Position numbers and translations under genes: made by a program. From the IMG/VR virus record IMGVR_UViG_3300032116_000009: a stretch of 64,000 nt of DNA; one strand, given 5' to 3'. The first letter of the stretch is position 1, and each line of letters starts with the position of its first letter. This DNA is from a virus. Taxonomy: Duplodnaviria; Caudoviricetes. This document shows positions 54,222 through 63,264 of the stretch, piece by piece. The notes under the pieces were generated by a model that was not told where the DNA came from, searched no databases, and saw only the letters and a program-made list of their open reading frames with translations.

Positions 54222-54814
54222 TTAAACACAGACATGTCAGGTAAGTGTGGGTAATCTAGATAAGTCCATTTTTTAGGTTGTTTATCACGAACTTCATTAA
54301 ACCTAAAAGAACCCAAGATAGCTGTCTCTGGAGTCATATAATAATGATAACCTACGGTATCAATGTCTTGTTTAGCCCAAGGCTTAGAAACATCTCTACC
54401 ATCGTAAGACATTTTCTTTAGTATATCATAGTCATTTTTGTTTTGCAACAGAATCATTCCACCCCTACCAACACTAAGATGTTTTTTATACTGGAAACTA
54501 AGGCACATGTAGGTGTCAGGAATATAACTATTTTCTTTCCATAGTACAGCAGCGTCAATAATATTTGAATTGCCTAGTTGATAATAATCTTCCCAGTCTT
54601 CATTTCTCCATGTCCAATTCAATTCCAATTTCATTAAAGTCATTGGAATAGAAACATAAGTGTTAGTTGGAATAGTCAAATTATTGCATGAAGTATGTCT
54701 AAGACATAATTCTATTGCATGTGTACATGAGTCTACAGCTACAGCATATGGGGCTGAGAAATATTCTGCGACTTTGTTTTCAAACTCATTTACTTTTTCA
54801 AACATACTTATCAA
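54215..54814 (-). CDS. DegT/DnrJ/EryC1/StrS-family sugar aminotransferase (short form)
   Basis: FE...A.Y...YAVAV.SCT.A, T.VS.P, IDAA, SFQYKKHL..G.GGMI, GY.Y.M. Confidence 0.85.
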   Translation of the reverse strand: MISMFEKVNEFENKVAEYFSAPYAVAVDSCTHAIELCLRHTSCNNLTIPTNTYVSIPMTLMKLELNWTWRNEDWEDYYQLGNSNIIDAAVLWKENSYIPDTYMCLSFQYKKHLSVGRGGMILLQNKNDYDILKKMSYDGRDVSKPWAKQDIDTVGYHYYMTPETAILGSFRFNEVRDKQPKKWTYLDYPHLPDMSVFKC

Positions 54815-55649
54815 TGTCGGGTTCTCTAGGTGTTATAACTCTATCATTTGGTTTTCCATACATGAAAAACTCTTCTAATGTATAATCATCTCTCAGAACG
54901 GTCCACCATTTCTTATAAGCCTTCCTAGCAAGAACTAAATCAGGTCTATCAGATCTTACATAATTTACCGAATAACTACCAATATCTGGATTTACACTTA
55001 TCAAAGGCATTGAATAAGTTCTTCCACTATGTATTAGGAAATAATCTATAGTTACATTAGGTATATCTAGTCCTATCGACCATTTCCAATTTGAAATTTT
55101 ATGAGCAAGATTATACTTTTCATCTACACAAAAAAGTCTTATTAATTTTTCTGCGTAACTTCTTCTTATCAATGCAGCTCCACTATCATGTCCAGACAAT
55201 ATTGGATGTAGATAACATGGAATAATTTTTTCATTTTCAAAACCCAGTTGAATACAATCCCAATCGAAAGGAATGTTATTCATCAAGTATTCCCAATCAA
55301 AATGCCAATAATCAATATAACTTAAATCATAATCATCTTCCATTAAGATAACATATTCTTCAATTGTATTTTCCAACCAACTTTTGAGCATATCAATAGT
55401 GGAAAGAGCAGTAGCTACTTCTATTAAATGTTGTCTCCACCTTTTACATGTTGAAATATCATTCAGTATTACTTTACTTTTCCATTCATCAAAATTTTGA
55501 AGTTGATAACTAGAAGCAGAAAACCTTTTAAAGTTACTAATTTTATATTTTTCGTATTGTTCTTCAGTATATTGTTTTCTATCAGGTCTTTCGTCAAGAT
55601 TTAAATAATAAATCGTTGGCAATCCTTTAAGTTTATCTTTTAAATTCAT
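54798..55649 (-). CDS. GT25-like glycosyltransferase (copy 1)
   Basis: IYYLNLD.R.DR, RFSA, LMEDD, DWDCIQL. Confidence 0.75.
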   Translation of the reverse strand: MNLKDKLKGLPTIYYLNLDERPDRKQYTEEQYEKYKISNFKRFSASSYQLQNFDEWKSKVILNDISTCKRWRQHLIEVATALSTIDMLKSWLENTIEEYVILMEDDYDLSYIDYWHFDWEYLMNNIPFDWDCIQLGFENEKIIPCYLHPILSGHDSGAALIRRSYAEKLIRLFCVDEKYNLAHKISNWKWSIGLDIPNVTIDYFLIHSGRTYSMPLISVNPDIGSYSVNYVRSDRPDLVLARKAYKKWWTVLRDDYTLEEFFMYGKPNDRVITPREPDIDKYV

Positions 55650-55650
55650 A

Positions 55651-56451
55651 CTATAACTTTATTAATAGATCGTTTTTATTGACAGAATCTATAGACATTA
55701 TATCACATATATTGTAGTTTGTACTCTTATTTTTCCACCAATCTAAAACAACTTCATCAGACTTTTTAGCTAGATGGTTTGGTTTATCCAAATAACCATC
55801 ACTTATAAAATGAGAATTCGATATGAAGAGGGGTAGGGAATAAGTAACGCCTATTTGATATGGAACAAAATCACCAGATTGATAATGATACTTTGGCCAT
55901 TTTTCACTTAATCCATAGTTTGTATAAAATTTAAAGAATCCATTGTCATAGTGCAATCTTATCATTTTCTCTGCATAAGATCTTGTTATCATAAAACAAG
56001 TTGCAGCATGATTGTTCTTAGTCCACTTCGATAAGAACATTGGAATATACCTCTCGCCTATGATATGAAATTGAATGCAATCCCAATTACAAGGAAGTTT
56101 GTTAAAGATATCTTTCCAATTAAAGTCCCAGTATTCTACCGTATCAAATGATAGATCATCCTCTATCATCATACAAACTTCAGATGTATTTGAGTTATAC
56201 CAATCCACAATACTCTGTATCCTATTCAATAATACAGAAAGAAATTGCGGTTGAGTTAAAATATCATCCGCAATTATTTTTGACTTCCACTCAGAATAAT
56301 TTTTTGGGTCATAACGTGAGGCAGAAATTCTAGTATAATTTTTAATATTATACTTTCTAAACTGATTTTCAATATACAGCTTTCTTTCTACTCTATGATC
56401 CAAATTCAAGTAATAAATTGGAGGAATATCTTTTAATTTCGATTCAGTCAT
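55651..56451 (-). CDS. GT25-like glycosyltransferase (copy 2)
   Basis: IYYLNLD.R.ER, RISA, IEDD, NWDCIQF. Confidence 0.75.
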   Translation of the reverse strand: MTESKLKDIPPIYYLNLDHRVERKLYIENQFRKYNIKNYTRISASRYDPKNYSEWKSKIIADDILTQPQFLSVLLNRIQSIVDWYNSNTSEVCMMIEDDLSFDTVEYWDFNWKDIFNKLPCNWDCIQFHIIGERYIPMFLSKWTKNNHAATCFMITRSYAEKMIRLHYDNGFFKFYTNYGLSEKWPKYHYQSGDFVPYQIGVTYSLPLFISNSHFISDGYLDKPNHLAKKSDEVVLDWWKNKSTNYNICDIMSIDSVNKNDLLIKL

Positions 56452-57230
56452 TCAACAACCGGTACAGTCATTAGATGATCATATTTTTTACCGTATGTGA
56501 AAAAATCCTTTAGGGTAAAATCATCTCTATTGTTTTTCCACCAATTATAATAAAGATCTCTACAAATGAAATGATGTTTCTTTGGAATCTCATCTAGATT
56601 TGGGTTTTGTGTAATCAAAGGAATCTGATATGTCTTACCAACAAATCCAAAAAACTGATCTAATCCTAGACATCTATAAAAATATTCTGGACCATAGTTA
56701 TGGATAAAGGAATATTTTCCCTTGATCGTGTGGATATCGATTAACTTTTGTGCAAAGTGTCGATTTATTAATACTGGTCCATAAAAACTATGGCTTGTTT
56801 TTGGGTGCAGAAAGAATGAAATATAATTATGAGATTCAAATCCCAATTGAATACAGTCCCAATCATATGGAAGATGAGTCATTAGATATTTCCAATCAAA
56901 ATGCCAGTATTCTATTAGGTTCAGATCATAATCATCTTCAAACAAAATAAGATATTTTTCATTCGTATTCTCTAACCAATGTCTAACCATTTCCAATGTG
57001 GAAAGATTTATACAAACCTTTAAGTAGTCTTGTTCTTTGTATATTTCACTTTTATAAACAAGACTTTCCCACTCTTTAAAATTCTCCGGATAAAAAATAC
57101 CTTCAGAAAATCTAGTTACATTTGAAATTTCCCATTTATCGAATTGGGATTCCATGTATTCTTTTCTTTCTGTTTTACTATCAACATTTAGATAGTATAT
57201 GGTAGGAAGTCCTTTAAGTTTTTCAGACAT
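56448..57230 (-). CDS. GT25-like glycosyltransferase (copy 3)
   Basis: IYYLN.D...ER, LFEDD, DWDCIQL. Confidence 0.75.
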   Translation of the reverse strand: MSEKLKGLPTIYYLNVDSKTERKEYMESQFDKWEISNVTRFSEGIFYPENFKEWESLVYKSEIYKEQDYLKVCINLSTLEMVRHWLENTNEKYLILFEDDYDLNLIEYWHFDWKYLMTHLPYDWDCIQLGFESHNYISFFLHPKTSHSFYGPVLINRHFAQKLIDIHTIKGKYSFIHNYGPEYFYRCLGLDQFFGFVGKTYQIPLITQNPNLDEIPKKHHFICRDLYYNWWKNNRDDFTLKDFFTYGKKYDHLMTVPVVE

Positions 57231-58440
57231 ACCAAGTTATAATAGAATATCTTGTTCCTGAAGTAACAGGCATAACTTCATGCGGATACATAAAGTTTGA
57301 TGGGAAGAGAATGGCGTCTCCCTTTTTAGTCTTAATAACTATCTCTCTATCAAAAAATGCAAATTCACCACCCTCATAATCATCATTCAAACTGAATGAA
57401 CAACTAATTGCTCTTTGTTGTAATTTAAATGAATCTGTATGTTGAATATAAAATTGACCTTCTTTATATCTGAGTAGATCATATCCAGTATCTATATCTA
57501 CATTTGCATCAGGAAATTTTTCTTTATACTTCTGAAGGGCTTGTGAAGCGGAAAGAAAGAAATCTGAATCAAGTTGTTTTCTATATTGTGTATTGTACTG
57601 TAAGGTATTTTCTTCACTAATATTCAATACTGAACAACTTCTAACGTTTGGATTTACTTCACCACCGCCGACACTTGTATCTTTCCATAAGTCACAATCT
57701 TTATATTCAGATATAATTTTATTACAAAGTTCATCTGATACTAAAGAATCTAAAACAACAATAAAATCTTCTAGCTTTGTTTGACTTCTAATACTAGGTT
57801 TAACTATAAGTTCTGGAGTTTTTATAATTTTACTTTCTTCTAAAGTTTTTTCAACTTTATTTCCATGTTGATCACAATTTATCCCTAAATGACTTTTATC
57901 AAAATAACTATTAACTCTATTTCCACGACTGAAAACATAATGCAGGAATACTTGTGTGTACCATTCACCATCATATTCATCTCTCCAGTGAGGTGCATCG
58001 CATCCCATATACAGTAATGCATCTCCAGGAGACAACATAATATTATGTTTATCACTATTGGGAGTTTCAATCCAAATTAACCACGGCCGATCACTACCTA
58101 AGTTAACAGTCAATGATACTTCACATTGATCTTTATCAGTGTGTTTTTTTAAAACACTGCCCTTTCGATAAGTTCTGGCATAAGAATAAGTAGGCAATAC
58201 AGTTTCCCCACAGATTTTACTAATCTCTGGAGTTTTTTCACAAAGAAGTTCTAAGAAAGAAATATAATTGTATACCGAGGACGAGTTTAAAGCCTGATCG
58301 TCACCAAGTACATTATTTTTATCACAGAAAGAATTAAACTCATCTGATAAACTTTTAGATCTTTTAATGTCTATAAAATTTTTGACAACAAGATAATTGT
58401 TTACCTTGATGGAAGGATTTAGATTATTCATAACAAACAA
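57223..58440 (-). CDS. Fusion of two 2OG-Fe(II) oxygenase domains
   Basis: N-half HTD...HWR like 8327..8905; C-half HTD, LNDDYEGGEF, FPSNFMYPHEV.PVTSGTRYSII. Confidence 0.85.
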   Translation of the reverse strand: MFVMNNLNPSIKVNNYLVVKNFIDIKRSKSLSDEFNSFCDKNNVLGDDQALNSSSVYNYISFLELLCEKTPEISKICGETVLPTYSYARTYRKGSVLKKHTDKDQCEVSLTVNLGSDRPWLIWIETPNSDKHNIMLSPGDALLYMGCDAPHWRDEYDGEWYTQVFLHYVFSRGNRVNSYFDKSHLGINCDQHGNKVEKTLEESKIIKTPELIVKPSIRSQTKLEDFIVVLDSLVSDELCNKIISEYKDCDLWKDTSVGGGEVNPNVRSCSVLNISEENTLQYNTQYRKQLDSDFFLSASQALQKYKEKFPDANVDIDTGYDLLRYKEGQFYIQHTDSFKLQQRAISCSFSLNDDYEGGEFAFFDREIVIKTKKGDAILFPSNFMYPHEVMPVTSGTRYSIITWYV

Positions 58441-58447
58441 AAAAATT

Positions 58448-58984
58448 TTAAATTTCTTTTAACAACTCTTCAATATCGTAATAAATTTGATCCTCTTCCG
58501 ATACTTCATTGTCTACAGACTCAAGTTCTTCGTAGTTTATATCACCAACCACCAAATCAGATTCAGAAGCTTCTTCTACACTTTGATTTTCAAAGTCTTC
58601 AGCCATTACATCAATTTCAACTATCTCCTCTTCCTCTTCTTCTTCCAAAATATAATCTAGAGCCATTAGATCATCTAAGTCACCATATCCTTCATACTGA
58701 GAAAAATTGCGAACTTCCATCAATGCTTTTTGTTCTTCCAACCACAATTGATGTTCTTCTTTTTTCTTTTGCCATAACTCTATAGATTGTTCCCAAACAC
58801 CCAACTCTGTAATTTCGATATTCGGATCTTGAGTAACCAACTCTACACTACCATGATCACCATACCACTGAACAGCGTGTACAGCTACACCATTGATTTG
58901 GGGAACCCAACTCATATCAATGTCAGAATAATACTCACCGTCTATGTAAACAGTTCTATCACTTGGAATTATCGTCAGTCTCAT
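58448..58984 (-). CDS. Fibre-module hypothetical protein with acidic tail
   Basis: MRLTII..D..V..DG, HA.QW.G..G..E; poly-Glu C-half. Confidence 0.7.
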   Translation of the reverse strand: MRLTIIPSDRTVYIDGEYYSDIDMSWVPQINGVAVHAVQWYGDHGSVELVTQDPNIEITELGVWEQSIELWQKKKEEHQLWLEEQKALMEVRNFSQYEGYGDLDDLMALDYILEEEEEEEIVEIDVMAEDFENQSVEEASESDLVVGDINYEELESVDNEVSEEDQIYYDIEELLKEI

Positions 58985-59324
58985 TTTCTTCTCCGAAAGG
59001 CAATCCTGTTTGAGTCAATGGAGTTACATTGACAGGAACAAAGTTTTGATTCATTAATCCTTGTATATATATTTCCCTATTCGTTTCGTTAGCCTTAACA
59101 ACTTCATTTCTAAATGACTCTACAGCAGCTCCAGTAGATCTTTGTTGTTGAGAGTTTTCTATTGTAAGCATTGGCATCCATGAAACAGCGCATCCCCAGT
59201 GATCAACATCTTCACCAGTATTTGGATTCATACCTCTAACATGCATATACCAAGCACATTTATTTTCAATGCAATCTTTTTTGATTAAAGGGCAGTATGT
59301 CCCAGGTTCAGTCTTTTTAAACAT
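58959..59324 (-). CDS. Cys-containing fibre-module hypothetical protein
   Basis: CPLIKKDC...CAWY...G.NP.TG...D.WGCA. Confidence 0.7.
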   Translation of the reverse strand: MFKKTEPGTYCPLIKKDCIENKCAWYMHVRGMNPNTGEDVDHWGCAVSWMPMLTIENSQQQRSTGAAVESFRNEVVKANETNREIYIQGLMNQNFVPVNVTPLTQTGLPFGEENETDDNSK

Positions 59325-59362
59325 ATAAGATCAGTCCACGAATACAATAATTATACCAAAAA

Positions 59363-59884
59363 TTAGGATAAAGAACAAATTATAACATCAATATATTGAA
59401 CTCTAAAATCTATACTTGCTGAAAAAGGAGCTGTACCGCTCCATGGGTGTGAGTGAGCCCCACCATTAGGTACGGGGTTAGCTCCACTATTGGGGAAATT
59501 TCTTGTCCAACCTCCACCAGAGGCAACATCACCGCCACCAGGAGTTAATCCTATGGATCCACCATTAGCATGAGTGTGCGAAGGTAGTTGTGCTGTCGTA
59601 AGAGTAGTATCCCCTACAGTTCCAGTAATAGTAACTGTAGTAGTAACAGGTTTTAAACTATTAGGGAAAGCAGATGAAAAAGCAGTAGTACCTCCAGAAC
59701 CACCACCAGTACCAGAAACGACTCTTAAAGCCTTATCGTTTTGGGTCGTTACTTGAGCCCATCCAGTAGGGGCAGATGCTTGGAAAAAAACCGATACGCT
59801 ACTCTGAGGCACTATTCCATATTTGGAATTTAGTGATGTACCGTCACCAAACGTTATTCCAGTTGTTGTTAATACTGCTGCCAT
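59363..59884 (-). CDS. Tail-collar-like short fibre protein (copy 1)
   Basis: FFQASAPTGW, L...QLPSHTH, HSH, YIDVIIC. Confidence 0.75.
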   Translation of the reverse strand: MAAVLTTTGITFGDGTSLNSKYGIVPQSSVSVFFQASAPTGWAQVTTQNDKALRVVSGTGGGSGGTTAFSSAFPNSLKPVTTTVTITGTVGDTTLTTAQLPSHTHANGGSIGLTPGGGDVASGGGWTRNFPNSGANPVPNGGAHSHPWSGTAPFSASIDFRVQYIDVIICSLS

Positions 59885-59925
59885 TATACTATTATCCGAC
59901 TAAGAGATATTTTAAGTTATTTATT

Positions 59926-60474
59926 TTATCCATCAAAACTACACATGATGATGTCAATATATTGAACACCGACACTTAGACCCAAACTACCAATTGGACC
60001 AGATCCTGTAAATGGATGGGTGTGAGTTTGATCTGATCCACCTGAACCTGTTGCTGGTGAATTTCTTGACCAACCAGTTCCAGCTCTAACATCTCCACCA
60101 GTATATGAACCATCTGGGTTTTGAGGGTTAATAGTTAAGGATACTTCACCACCATTGGAGTGGATGTGGGAAGGAATTTGACTTGTAACTAAAGCAGGTC
60201 CAGGTTGAATTCCACTGGTAGGTGCAGTTACTGTTCCAGTTAAAGCTACAGTAGGGGAAAATACCGTAGTAAAATTTGTAGTTCCACCAGAACCTGCACC
60301 CGTACCCGAAACAACTCTTAAAGCTTTATTATCTTGTGTTATTATTTTGGTCCATCCAGTAGGTGCAGCTGCTTGAAAGTATGACCAAACTGTTGAAGTT
60401 GGAAAAAGTTGTCTCCTAGAATTTAATTCATTTCCAGCAGAGAAAAATATTCCATTAGTAGTTAATATAGCCAT
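59926..60474 (-). CDS. Tail-collar-like short fibre protein (copy 2)
   Basis: YFQAAAPTGW, QIPSHIH, HTH, YIDIIMC; late motif AATAAATA at 60512-60505. Confidence 0.75.
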   Translation of the reverse strand: MAILTTNGIFFSAGNELNSRRQLFPTSTVWSYFQAAAPTGWTKIITQDNKALRVVSGTGAGSGGTTNFTTVFSPTVALTGTVTAPTSGIQPGPALVTSQIPSHIHSNGGEVSLTINPQNPDGSYTGGDVRAGTGWSRNSPATGSGGSDQTHTHPFTGSGPIGSLGLSVGVQYIDIIMCSFDG

Positions 60475-60503
60475 ATATCTACCTTAGTTTGACCATAATC
60501 AAA

Positions 60504-60707
60504 TTATTTATTATTGCTTCTTGGTTTGGAACATTCATTGCAATAGTATGAATAACCATCTCGAAAATACTTGACAACTTCAAAGTTTTCTTTTAATGAT
60601 TTTTCAATTCCACACTTATCACAAATCCTTGTCTTTTTTTGTAGACTTTCGGATTCGTTTGAGCTCTTTGAGTTCCATCTTAATATTTTTGTAAGCAGTG
60701 TCAGCAT
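60504..60707 (-). CDS. Small zinc-finger protein
   Basis: CDKC...K....F...CNEC. Confidence 0.55.
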   Translation of the reverse strand: MLTLLTKILRWNSKSSNESESLQKKTRICDKCGIEKSLKENFEVVKYFRDGYSYYCNECSKPRSNNK

Positions 60708-60798
60708 CTAATTTGCCTCCCATTTCCATCGCTATGATGACATCGACTCTTGTACCAAAGTGTGCTAAAGCTTTTTCAAAGTCATCTAGTTCATACAT
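60619..60798 (-). CDS. Conserved cyanophage hypothetical (59 aa)
   Basis: Read manually: MYELDDFEKALAHFG.RVD.I.A.E.GGK....AY. Confidence 0.65.
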   Translation of the reverse strand: MYELDDFEKALAHFGTRVDVIIAMEMGGKLDADTAYKNIKMELKELKRIRKSTKKDKDL

Positions 60799-61060
60799 TG
60801 TTGTCAGTCCATTTTTCAGCAGTCAATATATCTATACGAGCATCAACAGCATCAATAGAGTTTGTAATTTCGTATAGAGTATTTGTAGTCTCAACATTCT
60901 CATCTTCAAGTTTACGAACGTCAAAAATGAGACTAGTGTACCTGTCCTCCAGTTCAGATACTCTACGTTGAAGATCAACTAGAAGATCTGTTAAAGAGTA
61001 TTTTTCTCCTGTAATTTCATCAATAACAAATGTGTGATTTGTAAAACTATAATCATTCAT
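60791..61060 (-). CDS. Coiled-coil hypothetical protein
   Basis: Start moved to MNDY; L..ENVETTN.LYE..N.IDA. Confidence 0.65.
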   Translation of the reverse strand: MNDYSFTNHTFVIDEITGEKYSLTDLLVDLQRRVSELEDRYTSLIFDVRKLEDENVETTNTLYEITNSIDAVDARIDILTAEKWTDNNV

Positions 61061-61112
61061 GATTTTTTTCCAAACAGATTGAAATTTTAGAGAAAACTTA
61101 TCAATATAATAT

Positions 61113-61766
61113 TTAAACATTAATACTATCCCAATCCTTTTGGAAGATATCAAGTCCTTCACGAGTAAGAACACTTTCATACATTTTATCAAAGATTGAT
61201 GAAGGAATAGTTACAATATCAGCTCCCTCACGATAACACAACGCAACTACTTCTGGACTACGAACTGATGCGGCCAAAATTTGCGGAACAGAAGTATCAT
61301 AACAGTTATCATAAATCATACGAATACTCTTAATCAACTCAAGTCCATCAAATCCATTATCAGTCAAGCGTCCTACAAAAGGAGAAACATAAGTTGCACC
61401 AGCCTTTGCAGCAAGAACAGCTTGAGATGCAGAGAAGATGAGAGTTACGTTAACTGTTGCACCAATACTACGAAGTTGTCTACAAGCTTTAAGTCCTTCT
61501 ACAGTACAGGGAACTTTTATTGTAACGTTATCAAGTTGCAAATATGGTTGAGCTTGCTCGACCATACCTTCACATGTATTCGAAACTACTTCTGCAGAGA
61601 TAGATTCAAACTCAGAGAAAGATTCTGAAATACTTTTAATAACTTGATATGGATCTTTACCACTCTTTTTAATTAGAGTTGGATTGGTGGTAACTCCATC
61701 AATCAATCCTGTGACATACTTATCAGAAATTTCTTCAAAATTTGCAGTATCCAAAAATATTTTCAT
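61113..61766 (-). CDS. talC: Transaldolase (TalC/FSA family)
   Basis: MKIFLDTA, GVTTNPTLI, ISAEV, TIKVP, NVTLIFS..QA.LAAKAGA.YVSPFVGR, LAAS.R. Confidence 0.96.
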   Translation of the reverse strand: MKIFLDTANFEEISDKYVTGLIDGVTTNPTLIKKSGKDPYQVIKSISESFSEFESISAEVVSNTCEGMVEQAQPYLQLDNVTIKVPCTVEGLKACRQLRSIGATVNVTLIFSASQAVLAAKAGATYVSPFVGRLTDNGFDGLELIKSIRMIYDNCYDTSVPQILAASVRSPEVVALCYREGADIVTIPSSIFDKMYESVLTREGLDIFQKDWDSINV

Positions 61767-61783
61767 AATAATCTCCAAAAAAT

Positions 61784-62005
61784 TTACAGTATTCCAACTT
61801 CTTTTAGGTATCTTCTATATGCCATAAATCTGCGAAGAGAAGGTTGCCCTGGAATAGGGCCTAAACTTTCACAGATTTCACAATAACATAACCAATCATA
61901 CCACGGAGTTGTTGGATCCAGAGCTGGGTGTGGACTCCTTTGTGTGTAGTTCTTTAAGGAGTTGAAGAAGTTCTGGAGTTTCGTCCCATTCCCAAATTGT
62001 TCCAT
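61784..62005 (-). CDS. Conserved cyanophage hypothetical protein (start uncertain)
   Basis: WL.YCEICESL...PS..RF..Y..YLKEVG. Confidence 0.6.
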   Translation of the reverse strand: MEQFGNGTKLQNFFNSLKNYTQRSPHPALDPTTPWYDWLCYCEICESLGPIPGQPSLRRFMAYRRYLKEVGIL

Positions 62006-62033
62006 CTTTTTGTGTGTAAGTTCTTTTAGTCAT
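61896..62033 (-). CDS. Hypothetical protein (45 aa)
   Basis: Read manually: MTKRTYTQKDGTIWEWDETPE. Confidence 0.55.
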   Translation of the reverse strand: MTKRTYTQKDGTIWEWDETPELLQLLKELHTKESTPSSGSNNSVV

Positions 62034-62176
62034 AGTTTTAGATGTTTAAATAACTCTACAAAATTTGCATGTCCCTTATATAATACACCACCTATAATTA
62101 TTAAGTCAAGCAAAAAAAGAATAACTAGGACAATTACAAGTGGTACTGTATTAGATTGCGGGTGTTGGTTGGTCAT
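62030..62176 (-). CDS. Small membrane protein (48 aa)
   Basis: Read manually: ...VPLVIVLVILFLLDLIIIGGVLYKGH. Confidence 0.55.
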   Translation of the reverse strand: MTNQHPQSNTVPLVIVLVILFLLDLIIIGGVLYKGHANFVELFKHLKL

Positions 62177-62378
62177 TAGTATTTAATTCTATATAAATGT
62201 CCTGACTATCATTCCAATGTCTAATTACTCCCGCAACAATAAAACAATTTGTAATTAGGTATGTGATAAAAATAAAAGTTCTTATCCAAGCAACAAGGTC
62301 AGACTCTTTATCGCACTTAGATGCCTTTTCCCCAAGAGCTTTTGCCCACCATCTCCATATAGTCTTTTTTCTTTTCAA
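62151..62378 (-). CDS. Small membrane protein
   Basis: WRWWAKALGEKA...D..A.IRT + hydrophobic helix. Confidence 0.7.
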   Translation of the reverse strand: MKRKKTIWRWWAKALGEKASKCDKESDLVAWIRTFIFITYLITNCFIVAGVIRHWNDSQDIYIELNTNDQPTPAI

Positions 62379-62596
62379 AGTTTTCCTCCAACAAAACTTT
62401 CATATTTAATTTCTGTTTCAGAAAACCCTTCCTGTTTTTGTTTTAGATACCACCGAGTTGCATTAATACAATTTTCCTTTGTCAGTGAGGTTATAATACT
62501 CTTACCATCTCTATCGTAAGAGTCCCATGTACCCCACTTGCGTTCTTCTACTCGAAACGCATCGTCAATCCACTCAAAATTTTCCATAGTTATCAA
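62375..62596 (-). CDS. Conserved cyanophage hypothetical protein
   Basis: WIDD.F.V.....W.S...G..I.TSL. Confidence 0.7.
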   Translation of the reverse strand: MITMENFEWIDDAFRVEERKWGTWDSYDRDGKSIITSLTKENCINATRWYLKQKQEGFSETEIKYESFVGGKL

Positions 62597-62766
62597 GAAT
62601 TTACAGTCAACTCGTAATCTTTTTTATTAAGTTTATGTCTAGTAAGATACTTATCTAGATGTTCTTTACATTCAAACCAACAGGTTCTTTTGTCTTTACC
62701 CTCCTTTACATCAAGTCTATACGGAAAAGATTCGTAAGGAAATTTTTCATTACTAGAAATGGCCAT
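62593..62766 (-). CDS. Conserved cyanophage hypothetical (57 aa)
   Basis: Read manually: FP.E.FP.RL......CWF.C.EHL.KY..R. Confidence 0.6.
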   Translation of the reverse strand: MAISSNEKFPYESFPYRLDVKEGKDKRTCWFECKEHLDKYLTRHKLNKKDYELTVNS

Positions 62767-63239
62767 TATTCTCCGAGGGTATGAATCACTGGTTTTTCGT
62801 GTGCAAGAATGCGATACAGTTCTGCATCCTGAGCGGCAGAAATTGGAACAAATTCGGTCTCAGGGTTGAAGTCTTCGTCACGAATTGCCTGATTGATGAC
62901 GATTGAACCTTCCTCACCAGAATATGAGCGATGATAGGTCATCTTTGGAATCACAAGAGCACCAGAACTACGATTCAGGTGAACAATATGATATGGATAC
63001 CTCCAAGTTGGATTCACAAGTTCAAAGGTTCTGATTCCAGACAGTACACGATTGTGGTCAATCTGTTGATAGTGAATATAAAATTGTTTTGCACCGACAA
63101 CATCATCAGGTGGAGAAATTGCAGGACCTGTATGAACAACAAGGTCTTGTGCATTTGAGTTTTCTACTGAAATATCATAGAAGACAACCGAATCTGTCTC
63201 ACGGAAAACCCTGTGTTTTTTGAAAGATACTTCGCTCAT
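62766..63239 (-). CDS. RmlC-like cupin protein of cyanobacterial/cyanophage type
   Basis: FRET..V.FYDI, DLVVH.GPA.SPP, QFY.H..Q.D.N.V..G.R.FEL, L.IP...YHRS. Confidence 0.7.
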   Translation of the reverse strand: MSEVSFKKHRVFRETDSVVFYDISVENSNAQDLVVHTGPAISPPDDVVGAKQFYIHYQQIDHNRVLSGIRTFELVNPTWRYPYHIVHLNRSSGALVIPKMTYHRSYSGEEGSIVINQAIRDEDFNPETEFVPISAAQDAELYRILAHEKPVIHTLGE

Positions 63240-63264
63240 GATTGATTATATAATAATGTTTTGT

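Noticed and set aside
60504-60707. Possible homing endonuclease
   Set aside because: Only a CxxC...CxxC finger; no HNH or GIY-YIG catalytic motif, and too short
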